Shown piece after piece: positions 1-13,690 of a stretch of DNA of 64,000 bases; the stretch's first letter is position 1, and the number at the start of each line of letters is the position of its first letter. A model generated the notes under the pieces. The model was not told the DNA's origin. It was given only the letters and a program-made list of their open reading frames with translations, and searched no databases. Source of the DNA: Ranitomeya imitator. Lineage: Eukaryota. The stretch spans positions 702,708,001 through 702,772,000 of the forward strand of contig NC_091284.1 of assembly GCF_032444005.1 (NCBI RefSeq), read 5' to 3'. A program made the translations under genes and the position numbers.

Positions 1-3000
1 CAGATGAGAGAGAAAGGAAGGGCACAACAGAAACATTATTTACTCCCCTACACCCCCACAGTACATTATACTAGAGCTTCTCAAATGTTACTACTGTGGT
101 CTCATCAGACATAGCAAGGTGATGCCTAGGTGTCGTATAATGGCTATGATCCCTGTGTCTCGCCACCTATAATCAAAGGCCATGCCAAAATTTTAAATAT
201 CCTAATTTTCCTTTTCTTGAACGTTGTTTCTTAATAAAAATAAGTCAGTAAACCAAAGAGTGCTGTAACTTTGTAAATGACTGCATTGAAATGGTTGAGT
301 ACTAGGCTCCCATACACAATAGATAGCTGTCGGCCGATGGTATGGCCAATCGTTCGGCTGGCAGGTATCTCGCCCGACTTTCCCAGCTCTCATTCTGCCT
401 AGTGCTCCTGTGTCCTCTGTAAGAGCTGCTGTCAGACTCCTCTGGCGGTGGCTTATCTCTTGGAGAATAAAAGGATCTACAGTCTAAAATTGGACATGCC
501 GGATCCCCATACACATTGCACTGCCTATCAAACCCATCAGTACCGTCAGGTCCGGCCAACATTAGTGTAGTGTGAATGGGGGCCTGAACCCCTGTTACCA
601 ATCCCGTCCTGATTTTACATGTGAGGCCCTAAGCAGTAAATGTACCGTAATCGCCATTATCTTACGGTACTGTAATGTACCACCCTAGGCTACATACACA
701 CTGGCATTTCTGGATATGCTCTCTGCTGAAATGTATTCTAGTTCCTACGAGCAGAGGGGAAGTGGAGCTTAGAACGCCATTGGGGTTTCTTCATTTTGTG
801 CATGCCACAATCAGTCTGCAGCAATGAGTCACTGCACGCCTGTATGTGAGGAAATTATTGCCACAGAGGTCAGTGATCCATGTGATTTGCTTTTTAGTTG
901 CTGGATTAATAACCTATTAGCCTCGGTTTTCAGTATAGAATAATCCGAGATCAGCAAGACAGTCCTACATGTGTCACGGTATAATAGACACGAGGGATAA
1001 GAAGACTGTGCTACATATAAGAAAACCAAGGGCTCTTTTCTACACAACCTTATAATGTCTGTTCTTCCTTCCATAATGGTGGACTAAAGAAGAAAGTCTG
1101 GCTATGATTTATTCAAACAGCGGTCCGATTTACAAAAGCCTTTTTATTATCCTATTAGGAAATTTTCCGTAAATGGAGTCGCCCTTTCGGTACCTTAAAA
1201 TTTGTCTCTTGCTCTGAAAGGCCAAACATGACTTTCCATTGCATAGACGGCCCATTGATTTCAGTGGACGCTGTGTAATTCCTCATTTCTCCAGTGGTGT
1301 CACTGTAGGGAAAATGAACACTAGGTAGCGCGCAGAAAAAAATTGGACATGTGCATGTGCGCCAAGTGCCCACTTCATTGTCTATTGGGCTACTGGTGGT
1401 AGCCGAGAACAAAGCTGGACTATCTTCAGGGAATGGTGGCACATATGAGTCTGATGCTTGGACCGTCGGGTCCCAACAATGTCAACAGGAAGTTATCACC
1501 TATCATTAAATAAGGGTTGACTTATCAAAATGGGATCACTCCTTTAAGTGTCGGGCTCCTTTCTGCCAAAAAGAAAACCCATTTTTAGGCCACGTTTCCA
1601 CGATGAGCTTTTGGTGAGTTTTTGATGTTTTTTTATATAATTTAGGTTACTTGTGTTTTTTATACATTTTTGATGTTGTGTTTTGTTTTTTTGTCTCTTG
1701 TTGGTATGTTTGTTTTTGATACTTCCTGGTATTTGGCTTTGGCAAAACCTTTTTGATATATAAATGTTCAAATTTAATTAATTTTTTAGTGAGTTTCCGC
1801 AGTGGAAACGCAAGAAAAACACGTGGATTTTACGCATCTAGTGCACATCTATGGGAAAAATCCGCTCAGACAGCTCAGCGTACCTGCAAGAAAAATTGAC
1901 AAGTTACGGATTTGAAAGTCGCGCCGCCGGTCAGTTTATACTGAGTAATAAAGAAGCCGAGTGGGCAGGAGATTTCTATAAATCCATCCACTTTGCTGGA
2001 ACTCTCGGCAAAAATTTCCACTAATCATCCGCTCATAACAACAACGAGCGCAATAATCAACAGCTTGAGTAAACCTTGATCTTGCTGTTTGCTTTCTGCA
2101 TGTATTGGTCATACACCACTAATTAATGCGGCGTGGTAAATATGACAGGGTGATCCTCTGCGTTCTCTGCGGGTGTAATACACACATGTTTATTTTATTC
2201 ATGGAGACCTTTAGAATTAATAAAAATAACCACATTTGTGTGCGGCATGACATTAGGAGGCCGGATACTTGTAGTGTGATGTGCTAATAATGTCTCCTAT
2301 AATAAGCCGGTGAAGACAAATGGGGCGAGATACTAGTGCAGCAGAATTCTGCCCAAATCGCACCGATTGTAACATGTTTAGTCCCTATTTACGCCTCACT
2401 GGACGGTGTCTAGAAAAGAAGACGCGCAGGTAAGAGGAATCATAAAGATGAGTCTGTATTAATAGCGTTCACCATTATTGTAGGAAAAATAGGTATCAAC
2501 CAGCTAGGGGATGGCATAAGGAAACGTGTCTAAGATGTCTAGCAAGATGTGCCAAATTTATCATACAGCGTGCGCCTCTGTGATTCATTTGGCACCGCTT
2601 ATGCCACGTCTCGTTTCATCCTGTCTAAATTTAGGACACTAATAAATCTCCCCCATTGTGTTTTATACAACATTAAACATATTGAACAATTAAAGCCACT
2701 TGTCCCCATTATTTATTTTGGTCAGGCGCTCAACACAAGTCTCGATTATTGATCCAGAAGAGTATGGAATGGTCCCTAAATAAAATACGTGCCACTTTTA
2801 TAGAGGTACCTGTCCAACAAAGAACTATAAGGAAAACATATCTATTTTCATTCATTATTATGCATTTGTTCTCTGATGCTTAATAAATGTGGATAACTAC
2901 ACGATTACATTAATAGATTGAAGTAGTAAACATAAATTATGGTGGCCAACGTCCATCCTACCAAGGCCGCCGGTGAAGCCTTTTAGGCACTGTGTGCTGA

Positions 3001-5235
3001 TGAAGCCGGGTCATATACACCCAGCTTCACTGCGCATGCGCCAGGATATTCGTTGTGCATACGCAGGATTTTGGACAGGCCTATCAAGATGCTCTTAACT
3101 CAAGAACATCAATCAACTACTGGGCAAAACTAGCACACGGCCATATTGACTTCTTTAGCAGTGGTCTTTGCCTCTTTGACAGAAAAGAGATCACTGGAAT
3201 ATGGCATGTTCAGGCATTGACCCCTTAGTGACCACCAATATGTCTTTTTTACTGACCTCACATATCAGACAATAGCATCCCCCGACTGGTGAAAATGCAT
3301 CAGCTGTCGACTGTACACTATAGCTGACACCTTGCTGTATCAAGCTTGATTAGTGTTGCCACCAACCATGGATTTTTAACCCCTTAGATGCTGCTGTAAA
3401 TAGTGGCTATGGGATATAAATGGTTAACGGAGTGTGGGGGCTCCCTCCTTAACCCCATCAGCACCCTGAGATCATGATTGTGTGGTCCTGATATTTGCCA
3501 TCGCAATTCACGTCCAAAAAACGGCCTTTAAGTCTGCCAGCTAAAGTAACCTGTTCAGAAGTCAGCAACATTTAGGTGGTGAAAATAACAGTTTTCATTC
3601 CTAGCATGATACTTTTTATTAATTCTTTAAAAGCACCTGAAAGGTTAATAAACTACCTGAACGTAATTTTGAATACCTTGAAGGGTGCGGTTCACAAAAT
3701 GGCATCCTTTTTGGGGATTTTATGACCTTAAGGTTCACCAAAGTCACTTCAAAAAAAAAAAGTAAGTTTTGTAAATTTTCTTGAGAAAATTAAAAATTGC
3801 CGCTACAGTTTTAAACCTTCTAGCATCCTAACAAAACAAACGGACATTTTAAAAAATGGTGTTAATGTAAAGCAGACATGAGGAATATTTTTATAAATAA
3901 AATCAGAAAATATTGACATAAATTTACTGTTAACATAAAGTACAATGTGTCACGAAAAAACATTCTCAAAATACATGAGATCTGTTGAAGCGTTTTAGAG
4001 TTATTACCACATAAAGTGACACTGGTCAGAATTGAAAAGTTTGGCTTTTATTATAATGAGGCATGTATTTGGGCTACAAGGAACACGCCTGGAGAATGGA
4101 GAAGCAGAACCTTGAGTTACTGGTGGAGGTTGGGAGGCTAAAAACTTTATGACAGGTTTAACTAATCAGCAATTATATAAGGATTTGTGCAAATGATCAT
4201 ATTACCAGTCCAAGTGCAAGTCTACAAAACACCAGATCAATATCAGTCTATAGGGCCCTGTACATGTCCGATTTCTTCCTGGACAGATACTGTCCAAGGT
4301 TAAAAAACAAAAATGCCGCATGCTTGTGTTTGACCCATTATTTGGATGACTCTTGGCCATGTAAGTCATTGAGTGCACGGAAAACATCGGATCAGATGAC
4401 ACTTGAGTGCAGTTTGATTTCCACAGACTGAGACAATGGAGAAGATGGAGAAATCTTGAACTCCATCTTCTCACTTGTACTACAGCTCTCATGCGAAGGA
4501 ATTGGATCACACGATGCTGATACTCGGATCAGCCTCTGGTCAGAGTTTGATCAGTGTCATTTACATAATTGACCCGATTCTCTCAGATAACAAATATTTT
4601 GACTTAACCCTAAATCATCACTCCAAAGCTGCGGCTGTCGGCTTCCCTCCTTTTGTCTAATTTGCTGCACGCTGCATGTTGTCAAGTGTAATCTATCTCT
4701 ATCAGTAGTCATGCCAATTACAGGTTACTCCTGTTTTCTGGTCTGTCAGAAAGCATACAATCATAACAGAGGCCATCTTGCGTGCTGGAAAGCGATGCAA
4801 AGGAGGTTCCTGCAGCTATAGTGCTGGCAGAATACTAATGTTGACAAGAAGCCAAATAATTTTTACTAAGCACAAGGCAAAGTAGATATTGTTTTTAATT
4901 AACAAATATTGAAACACAGTTATAACTATTAAAGAATTAAAAACCATCTCTGCTTCCTGATATTTTTTTAAAGCCAATCAGATGCAATATTTGAGTGGTT
5001 GATTCTGCTACATTGACCCAAGCATACATACAGAACTGTGCAAAAGTTTTAGGCAGGTGAGAAAATAGTGCTGCAAAGTAAGGATACTTTCAAAAAATAG
5101 AAGAGTTAAGAGTTTATTTATATCAATTAGCAAAAGGTAAAGTGAGTGAACAAAAGTGAAATCTAAAACTAAACAATACTTGGTGTGACTGCCCCATTGT
5201 CCTCAAATCTTTATCAATCCTTCGAGATACACTTA

Positions 5236-5972
5236 AGGTACCGTCACATTTAGTGACGCTGCAGCGATCTAGACAACGATGCCGATCGCTGCAGCGTCGC
5301 TGTGTGGTCGCTGGAGAGCTGTCACACAGACAGCTCTCCAGCGACCAACTATGCGAAGTCCCCTGGTAACCAGGGTAAACATCGGGTTACTAAGCGGAGG
5401 GCCGCGCTTAGTAACCCGATGTTTACCCTGGTTACCAGTGCTAAGTTAAACAAAAACAAACACTACATACTTACATTCCGGTGTCTGTCCCCCGGCGCTC
5501 TGCTTTCCTGCACTGACTGTGAGCGCCGGCTGGCCGTAAAGCACAGCGGTGACGTCACCGCTGTAATCTGCTTTACGGCTGGCCGGCGCTGACAGTGCAG
5601 GGAAGCAGAACGCTGGGGGACGCGACAGACACCGGAATGTAAGTATGTAGTGTTTGTTTTTTTTTACATTTACACTGGTAACCAGGGTAAACATCGGGTT
5701 ACTAAGCGCAGCCCTGTGCTTAGTAACCCGATGTTTACCCTGGTTACCAGTGAAGACATCGCTGAATCGGCGTCACACACGCCAATTCAGCGATGTCTGC
5801 GGGAGATCCAGCGACGAAATAAAGTTCTGGACTTTCTGCTCCGACCAACGATGTCACAGCAGGATCCAGATCGCTGCTGCGTGTCAAACACAACAATATC
5901 GCTATCCAGGACGCAGCAACATCACGGATCGCTAGCGATATCATTGTGAAGTTGGTCAGTGTGAAGCTACCT
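5236..5972. mobile_element. Non-autonomous DNA transposon (MITE), copy 1; Harbinger- or Kolobok-like
   Basis: Termini AGGTACCGTCACA ... TGTGAAGCTACCT, flanked by TTA/TTA. It contains two long internal palindromes (GGTAACCAGGGTAAACATCGGGTTACTAAGC and its reverse complement). A near-identical copy lies at 6633-7360. Superfamily assignment is uncertain. Confidence 0.85.
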
Positions 5973-6373
5973 TTACACGCAGTGTCTGGAGGAACTCTGC
6001 AGGGAGCTTGTTCTAACCATGTATGAGAATGAACCACAGATCTGTGGATGTACAGTTGTGGCCAAAAGTGAGTCTGACACAGATTTTGGTTTTCACAATA
6101 TTTGATGCTTCAGTGTTTTGAAATCTCTTTTAGAGTATGTTCCCACGGTCAGAATTGGCTCAGTATTTGCTCAGGATTTGACGCAGGTGAAATCTGCATC
6201 TGAGGTCACTGGCGAGTCACCGGTTTTTGATGTGTTTTTTTTTCATGCATTTTTTCCTCATGCGTTTTTTTCATTTCATGCACTTTTTTTGTCACTTGAA
6301 ATAAAGCTACCGTAATTGAAAATTGGCATCTGGGAAGAAAAAAAAAAGTGATTTCCTGTTTGAAGATATATTG

Positions 6374-8598
6374 GGGTATGTTCCCATGGTCAGTAAACTC
6401 TGAGGGTTGGACGCTGTGTACATTTGCAGCATCCAGCTGTTACAGCATAGTGACACAGCCGGACATACACGACACAGGAAGTGGAGAAAAGCACGGAGGC
6501 CCCCTCTTTAATAAATAAATAATTTAAAAAAAATGTCATGGGGTCCCCCAATACTTGTTAACCAGCCAGAGTAAAGCCGACTACTGGGACTGGTATTTCA
6601 GGCTGGTAAGGATCCAATATCCATGAACCTAAAGGTACCGTCACATTTAGCGACGCTGCAGCGATCTAGACAATGATCCCGATCGCTGCAGCGTCGCTGT
6701 GTGGTCGCTGGAGAGCTGTCACACAGACAGCTCTCCAGCGACCAACGATGCCGAAGTCCCCGGGTAACCAGTGTAAACATCGGGTTACTAAGCGCAGGGC
6801 CGTGCTTAGTAACCCGATGTTTACCCTGGTTACCAGTGTAAATGTAAAAAAAAACAAACACTACATACTTACATTCCGGTGTCTGTCGCGTCCCCCGGCG
6901 TTCTGCTTCCCTGCACTGTGTAAGCGCCGGCCATAAAGCACAGCGGTGACGTCACCGCTGTGTTCTGCTTTACAGCCGGCGCTGACACAGTGCAGGGAAG
7001 CAGAACGCCGGGGGACGCGACAGACACCGGAATGTGAGTATGTAGTGTTTGTGTTTTTTACATTTACACTGGTAACCAGGGTAAATATCGGGTTACTAAG
7101 CGCGGCCCTGCGCTTAGTAACCCGATGTGTTTACCCTGGTTACCAGTGAAGACATCGCTGAATCGGCGTCACACACGCTGATTCAGCGATGTCTGCGGGA
7201 GATCCAGCGACGAAATAAAGTTCTGGCTCCGACCAGCGATGTCACAGCAGGATCCAGATCGCTGCTGCGTGTCAAACACAACGATATCGCTATCCAGGAC
7301 GCTGCAACGTCACGGATCACTAGCGATATCGTTGTTAAGTTGTTCAGTGTGAAGGTACCTTTACCAGCCTGATAATACCAGGCCGCAGCAGTCTGCTTAC
7401 CTTGGATGGTTAGCCAAAATAGTGGGATCCGTTCCAAAAAAAATAGTGTGGTATCCCCCTATATTTGTTAACCAGCCAAGGAAAAAGCAGACAGCTGCAG
7501 CCCAGTATTCTCAGGCTGGCGAGGCCCATGGATTTGGGCCCTCACTAAAAATAGCATCCCGCAGCCACTCATCAATTGGCACATCCAAAGATGTGCCAAT
7601 TGTGGCAATTTACTCAGCTCTTCCCACTTGCCCTGTAGCGGTGGCAAGCGGGGTAATATTTGTGGCGTTGATGTCACCTTTGTTTGTCTGGTGACATCAA
7701 ACCCACGGCTTAGTTATGGAGAGGCATCTATAAGACAACTATACATTACTAATCCTATAGTTTTATGGTAAATAAAGACACGTCCAGAATAAAGTCCATT
7801 AAGTGAAATAAAGACACAAGACTCCTTTAATATTCTAAATTAATCCATACTTACTGCAATGCCTAATTCCCCAAAGCCCTCAATCTCCTGTAAAAAAAGT
7901 AAAATAAAAAAGCAACAGTATACCATACCTGTCCGCCGAGAAGATAATCCATAATGTCCCATGACAAGTCCAGCTCTGCTACATCTGGATGCCTTTGGCT
8001 GAACACCATATTATGCCACCATCCAGCCTGACATCCAGACACAGCAGAGCTTGTAGATGACCACCGGAGATAACTCGGTTGCTGGCGGCGGTCACCTGCA
8101 CTGCAGTTCTCACGATCAGCTGACCGTGAGAACTTGGCAAGTGACCGGAGATAACCCCGGTGGTCACGTGCATAGCAGTTCTCACGGTCAGCTCAGCTCA
8201 TCGCGAGAACTGCAGTGGATGCGAAGTTCCGACTGTGTCACAAGGTAAGACGTTATTTAAATTAGTTCACATGAATAGTAAGCTGCGTTTTCGCACTTAA
8301 TACGCATGTGACTATAAAGATAATGCGGTTTTATCGCATGTAATGATAGTCTATGGGAAATTTATGCTGTGGAGACGGAGTGTCTCTGCAACATAAACAG
8401 ACTTACTGCGGTCTGGAAAGACGCGCCGCATGTCCGTTTACGCAGGGATGCCGGGGGCATCTTTTAACGCATAGTGGAGATGGGATTTCATGAAATCCCC
8501 TCCACTATGCTGTAACATCTGGACGCTGCAGGTTTGGCGCTGCGGATGTACGCAACAGCGTTCAACCTGCAGCGTTTACTGATCGTGGGAACATACCC
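6374..8598. mobile_element. Non-autonomous Harbinger-like element with a nested MITE
   Basis: TIRs GGGTATGTTCCCATGGTCAGTAA (6374) and TTACTGATCGTGGGAACATACCC (ends 8598). No coding capacity. Confidence 0.7.
6633..7360. mobile_element. MITE, copy 2 of the 5236-5972 family
   Basis: Termini AGGTACCGTCACA ... TGTGAAGGTACCT, with the same internal palindromes as copy 1. Confidence 0.85.
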
Positions 8599-8854
8599 TT
8601 TCTCAGAAGTTTCTATAGTTACTGAAGTACAATTATCAGCATTTTATACGTTTTTAAGCTTTTAGTGACAACTGCATCAAGTTTCTGCAAAGACTCCATA
8701 TTTACAGTGTTGACCCTTACTTTACAAGATTTCTGCCATTCGCCCTGGCAGCTGGATATCGGCTTCTGTGCCGAATCCTGACCAATGAGCGCCCATTCTT
8801 GTCTACTCAGTGATTGGAATTTATCACAATTTCTGTGGTTTTGTTTGTCCACTC

Positions 8855-9100
8855 ACTTTTTGAGAATTGACCACAGGTTCTCAGTGGGATTGAGTTCTGG
8901 GGAGTTTCCTGGATGTGGAAGCAAAATTTCAATGTTTTATTCATCAAGCCACTTGGTTAGTTATCATTTTTTTCGTGTGACTTAGTACTCCATCATGCTG
9001 GAAAAGGCATTGTTCATCACCAAACTGACCCCTGGATTGTTGGGAGAAGTTGCTCTTGGAGGATGTATAGATCCCATTCTTTATTCATTGCAGAGTGATT
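8855..9100 (-). pseudogene. Tc1/mariner transposase remnant (DDE domain)
   Basis: Manual minus-strand translation gives QCLFQHDGV and LLPHPGNSPELNPTENLW, resembling the Tc1 motifs FQHDGAP and WPGNSPDLNPIENLW. Confidence 0.75.
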
Positions 9101-9190
9101 AGTAAAAATTGTGAGTGAGCCCCTCCATGGATGACAAACAACTCCACACATGAATGGTCTCAAAAAGAGAAAAAAAGGTCATATACCTGT

Positions 9191-9392
9191 CCGAACTTTG
9201 TCATCTGTCATGTGTTTTTAGGTGGTATGTGACCGAACTTTGACATCTGTCATGTGTTTTTGGCGGTGGTACCTGACCGAACTTTGACATTTGTCATGTG
9301 TTTTTAGGTGGTATGTAACCGAACTTTGACATCTGTCATGTGTTTTTGGCGGTGGTACCTGACCGAACTTTGACATTTGTCATGTGTTTTTG
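9191..9392. repeat. Tandem array, 5 units alternating 42/44 bp
   Basis: CCGAACTTTG recurs at 9191, 9233, 9277, 9319 and 9363. Confidence 0.9.
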
Positions 9393-9463
9393 ACACCCAT
9401 ATTTGAAATCTCCATTGCTATGTAAACAATATCTTTGCTGTTTTTGCTGTATACGTGTGGTCT

Positions 9464-9504
9464 TTCCTAATGAAAAATTCATTTGTACTTTGAAACGCGT
9501 AGAA
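9464..9504 (+). ncRNA. Decayed minimal type I hammerhead ribozyme
   Basis: TTC-CTAATGA-A-AAA..TTT-GAAA-CGCG-T-A-GAA, followed by AATAAA. Stem I pairs TTC/GAA and stem III is the palindrome ACGCGT. The core carries a G5A change (CUAAUGA). Confidence 0.55.
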
Positions 9505-11059
9505 TAAACCACCATTTCATTTTATATCCTGGGATATACGTCTGTTGGCAAGCGCAGAAACCATCTGCACACCTTTCCTTCCATCCTTTAACCCCTCTGT
9601 GACCTTAGACGTACTATCCCGTCGAGGTGCCCTGGGCTTATCTGACCCTGGACGGGATAGTACGTCATAGCCGATCGGCCGCGCTCACGGGGGGAGCGCG
9701 GCCGATCGCGGCCGGGTGTCAGCTGCTTATCGCAGCTGACATCCGGCACTATGTGCCAGGAGCGGTCACGGACCGCCCCCGGCACATTAACCCCTGGCAC
9801 ACCGCGATCAAAGATGATCGCGATGTGCCGGCGGTGCAGGGAAGCACCGCGCAGGGAGGGGGCTCCCTGCGGGCTTCCCTGAGCCCCCCGCAGCAACGCG
9901 ATGTGATCGCGTTGCTGCGAGGGTCTCCTCACCTCCCTCCCTGCTCGAGCCCCGGATCCAAGATGGCCGCGGATCCGGGTCCTGCAGGGAGGGAGGTGGC
10001 TTCACAGAGCCTGCTCAGAGCAGGCACTGTGAAGGCTGCAGCGCTGCATGTCAGATCAGTGATCTGACAGAGTGCTGTGCAAACTGTCAGATCACTGATC
10101 TGTGATGTCCCCCCCTGGGACAAAGTAAAAAAGTAAAAAAAAAAATTTCCAAATGTGTAAAAAAAATAAAAAAAAATATTCCAAAATAATGAAAAAAAAA
10201 AATAAAATATTATTCCCATAAATACATTTCTTCATCTAAATAAAAAAAAAAACCAATAAAAGTACACATATTTAGTATCGCCGCGTCCGTAACGACCCGA
10301 CCTATAAAACTGTCCCACTAGTTAACCCCTTCAGTAAACACCGTAAGAAAAAAAAAAAAAAAACGAGGCAAAAAACAACGCTTTATTATCATACCGCCGA
10401 ACAAAAAGTGGAATAACACGCGATCAAAAGGACAGATATAAATAACCATGGTACCGCTGAAAGCGTCATATTGTCCCGCAAAAAAAGAGCCGCCATACAG
10501 CATCATCAGCAAAAAAATAAAAAAGTTATAGTCCTGAGAATAAAGCGATGCAAAAATAATTATTTTTTCTGTAAAATAGTTTTTATCGTATAAAAGCGCC
10601 AAAACATAAAAAAATGATATAAATGAGGTATCGCTGTAATCGTACTGACCCGAAGAATAAAACTGATTTATCAATTTTACCAAACGCGGAACGGTATAAA
10701 CGCCTCCCCCAATAGAAATTCATGAATAGCTGGCTTTTGGTCATTCTTCCTCACAAAAATCGGAATAAAAAGCGATAAAAAAATGTCACGTGCCCAAAAA
10801 TGTTTTCAATAAAAACGTCAACTCGTCCCGCAAAAAACAAGACCTCACATGACTCTGTGGACCAAAATATGGAAAAATTATAGCTCTCAAAATGTGGTAT
10901 TGCAAAAAATATTTTTTGCAATAAAAAGGGTCTTTCAGTGTGTGACGGCTGCCAATCATAAAAATCCGCTAAAAAACTCGCTATAAAAGTAAATCAAACC
11001 CCCCTTCATCACCCCCTTAGTTAGGGAAAAATAAAAAAAAATGTATTTATTTCCATTTT

Positions 11060-11337
11060 NNNNNNNNNNNNNNNNNNNNNNNNNNNNNNNNNNNNNNNNN
11101 NNNNNNNNNNNNNNNNNNNNNNNNNNNNNNNNNNNNNNNNNNNNNNNNNNNNNNNNNNNNNNNNNNNNNNNNNNNNNNNNNNNNNNNNNNNNNNNNNNNN
11201 NNNNNNNNNNNNNNNNNNNNNNNNNNNNNNNNNNNNNNNNNNNNNNNNNNNNNNNNNNNNNNNNNNNNNNNNNNNNNNNNNNNNNNNNNNNNNNNNNNNN
11301 NNNNNNNNNNNNNNNNNNNNNNNNNNNNNNNNNNNNN
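11060..11337. other. Assembly gap (N run)
   Basis: Run of N. Confidence 1.
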
Positions 11338-11475
11338 AGTTAGGGTTGGGGCTAAAGTTAGGGTTAGGGTTTAGATTACATTTACAGTTGGGAATAGGGT
11401 TGGGATTAGGGTTAGGGGTGTGTCAGGGTTAGAGGTGTGGTTAGGGTTACCGTTGGAATTAGGGTTAGGGGTGTG
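11338..11475 (+). repeat. Degenerate telomere-like (TTAGGG) repeat
   Basis: Multiple TTAGGG/GTTAGGG units interspersed with variant sequence. Confidence 0.75.
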
Positions 11476-11499
11476 TTTAGATTAGGGTTTCAGTTATAA

Positions 11500-13690
11500 T
11501 TGGGGGGTTTCCACTGTTTCGGCACATCAGGGGCTCTCCAAACATGACATGGCGTCCGATCTCAATTCCAGCCAATTCTGCGTTGAAAAAGTAAAACAGT
11601 GCTCCTTCCCTTCCGAGCTCTCCTGTGTGCCCAAACAGGGGTTTACCCCAACATATGGGGTATCAGCGTACTCAGGACAAATTGGACAACAACTTTTGTG
11701 GACCAATTTCTCCTGTTACCCTTGGGAAAATACAAAACTGGGGGCTAAAAAATAATTTTTGTGGGAAAACAAAAAGATTTTTTATTTTCACGGCTCTGCG
11801 TTATAAACTGTAGTGAAACACTTGGGGGTTCAAAGTTCTCACAACACATCTAGATAAGTTCATTGAGGGGTCTAGTTTCCAATATGGGGTCACTTGTGGG
11901 GGGTTTCTACTGTTTAGGTACATTAGGGGCTCTGCAAACGCAATGTGACGCCTGCAGACCAATCCATCTAAGTCTGCATTCCAAATGATGCTCCTTCCCT
12001 TCCGAGCCCTCCCATGCGCCCAAACGGTGGTTCCCCCCCACATATCGGGTATCAGCGTACTCAGGACAAATTGGACAACAACATTTAGGGTCCAATTTCT
12101 CCTGCTAACCTTGGAAAAATACAAAACTGGGGGCTAAAATATAATTTTTGTGGAAAAAAAAATATTTTTTATTTGCATGGCTCTGCGTTATAAACTGTAG
12201 TGAAATACTTGGGGGTTCAAAGCTCTCACAACACATCAAGATGAGTTCCTTAGGGGGTCTACTTTCCAAAATGGTGTCATTTGTGGGGGGTTTCTACTGT
12301 TTAGGTACATTAGGGGCTCTGCAAACGCAATGTGACGCCTGCAGACCATTCCATCTAAGTCTGCATTCCAAATGGCGCTCCTTCCCTTCCGAACCCTCCC
12401 ATGCGCCCAAACGGTGGTTCCCCCCCACATATGGGGTATCAGCGTACTCAGGACAAATTGGACAACAACTTTTGGGGTCCAATTTCTCCTGTTACCCTAG
12501 GGAAAATACAAAACTGGGGGCTAAAAAATAATTTTTGTGGGAAAAAAATTTTGTTTTATTTTTATGGCTCTGCATTATAAACTTCTGTGAAGCCCTTGGT
12601 GGGTCAAAGTGCTCACCACACATCCAGATAAGTTCCTTAGGGGGTCTACTTTCCAAAATGGTGTCACTTGTGGGGGGTTTCAATGTTTAGGCACATCAGT
12701 GGCTCTCCAAACGCAACATGGCGTCCCATCTCAATTCCTGTCAATTTTGCATTGAAAAGTCAAACGGCGCTCCTTCCCTTCCGAGCTCTCCCATGCGCCC
12801 AAACAGTGGTTTACTGCCACATATGGGGTATCAGCGTACTCGGGACAAATTGGACAACAACTTTTGAGGTCCAATTTCTTCTCTTACCCTTGGAAAAATA
12901 AAAAATTGGGGGCAAAAATATAATTTTTGTGAAAAAATATGATTTTTTATTTTTACGGTTCTGCATTATATACTTCTGTGAAGCACTTGGTGGGTCAAAG
13001 TGCTCACCACACCTCTAGATAAGTTCCTTAGGGGGTCTACTTTCCAAAATGGTGTCACTTGTGGGGGGTTTCAATGTTTAGGCACATCAGTGGCTCTCCA
13101 AACGCAACATGGCGTCCCATCTCAATTTCTGTCAATTTTGCATTGAAAAGTCAAACTGCGCTCCTTCCCTTCCGAGCTCTCCCATGCGCCCAAACAGTGG
13201 TTTACTGCCACATATGGGGTATCAGCGTACTCAGGACAAATTGGACAACAACTTTTGAGGTCCAATTTCTTCTCTTACCCTTGGAAAAATAAAAAATTGG
13301 GGGCAAAAATATAATTTTTGTGAAAAAATATGATTTTTTATTTTTACGGTTCTGCATTATAAACTTCTGTGAAGCACTTGGTGGGTCAAAGTGCTCACCA
13401 CACATCCAGATAAGTTCCTTAGGGGGTCTACTTTCCAAAATGGTGTCACTTGTGGGGGGTTTCAATGTTTAGGCACATCAGTGGCTCTCCAAACGCAACA
13501 TGGCGTCCCATCTCAATTCCTGTCAATTTTGCATTGAAAAGTCAAATAGCGCTCCTTCCCTTCCGAGCTCTCCCATGCGCCCAAACAGTGGTTTACTGCC
13601 ACATATGGGGTATCAGCGTACTCAGGACAAATTGGACAACAACTTTTTGGGTCCAATTTCTCCTGTTACCCTTGGTAAAATAAAACAAAT
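11500..13690. repeat. ~390-bp tandem repeat, about 5.5 units
   Basis: Near-identical ORFs at 12668, 13059 and 13450 give a 391-bp period. CAGCGTACTCAGGACAAATTGGACAACAAC recurs in each unit. Confidence 0.92.

Noticed and set aside
2997-3030. CTGATGA followed by a hairpin
   Set aside because: There is no GAAA, palindrome or stem I partner, so it is not scored as a hammerhead.
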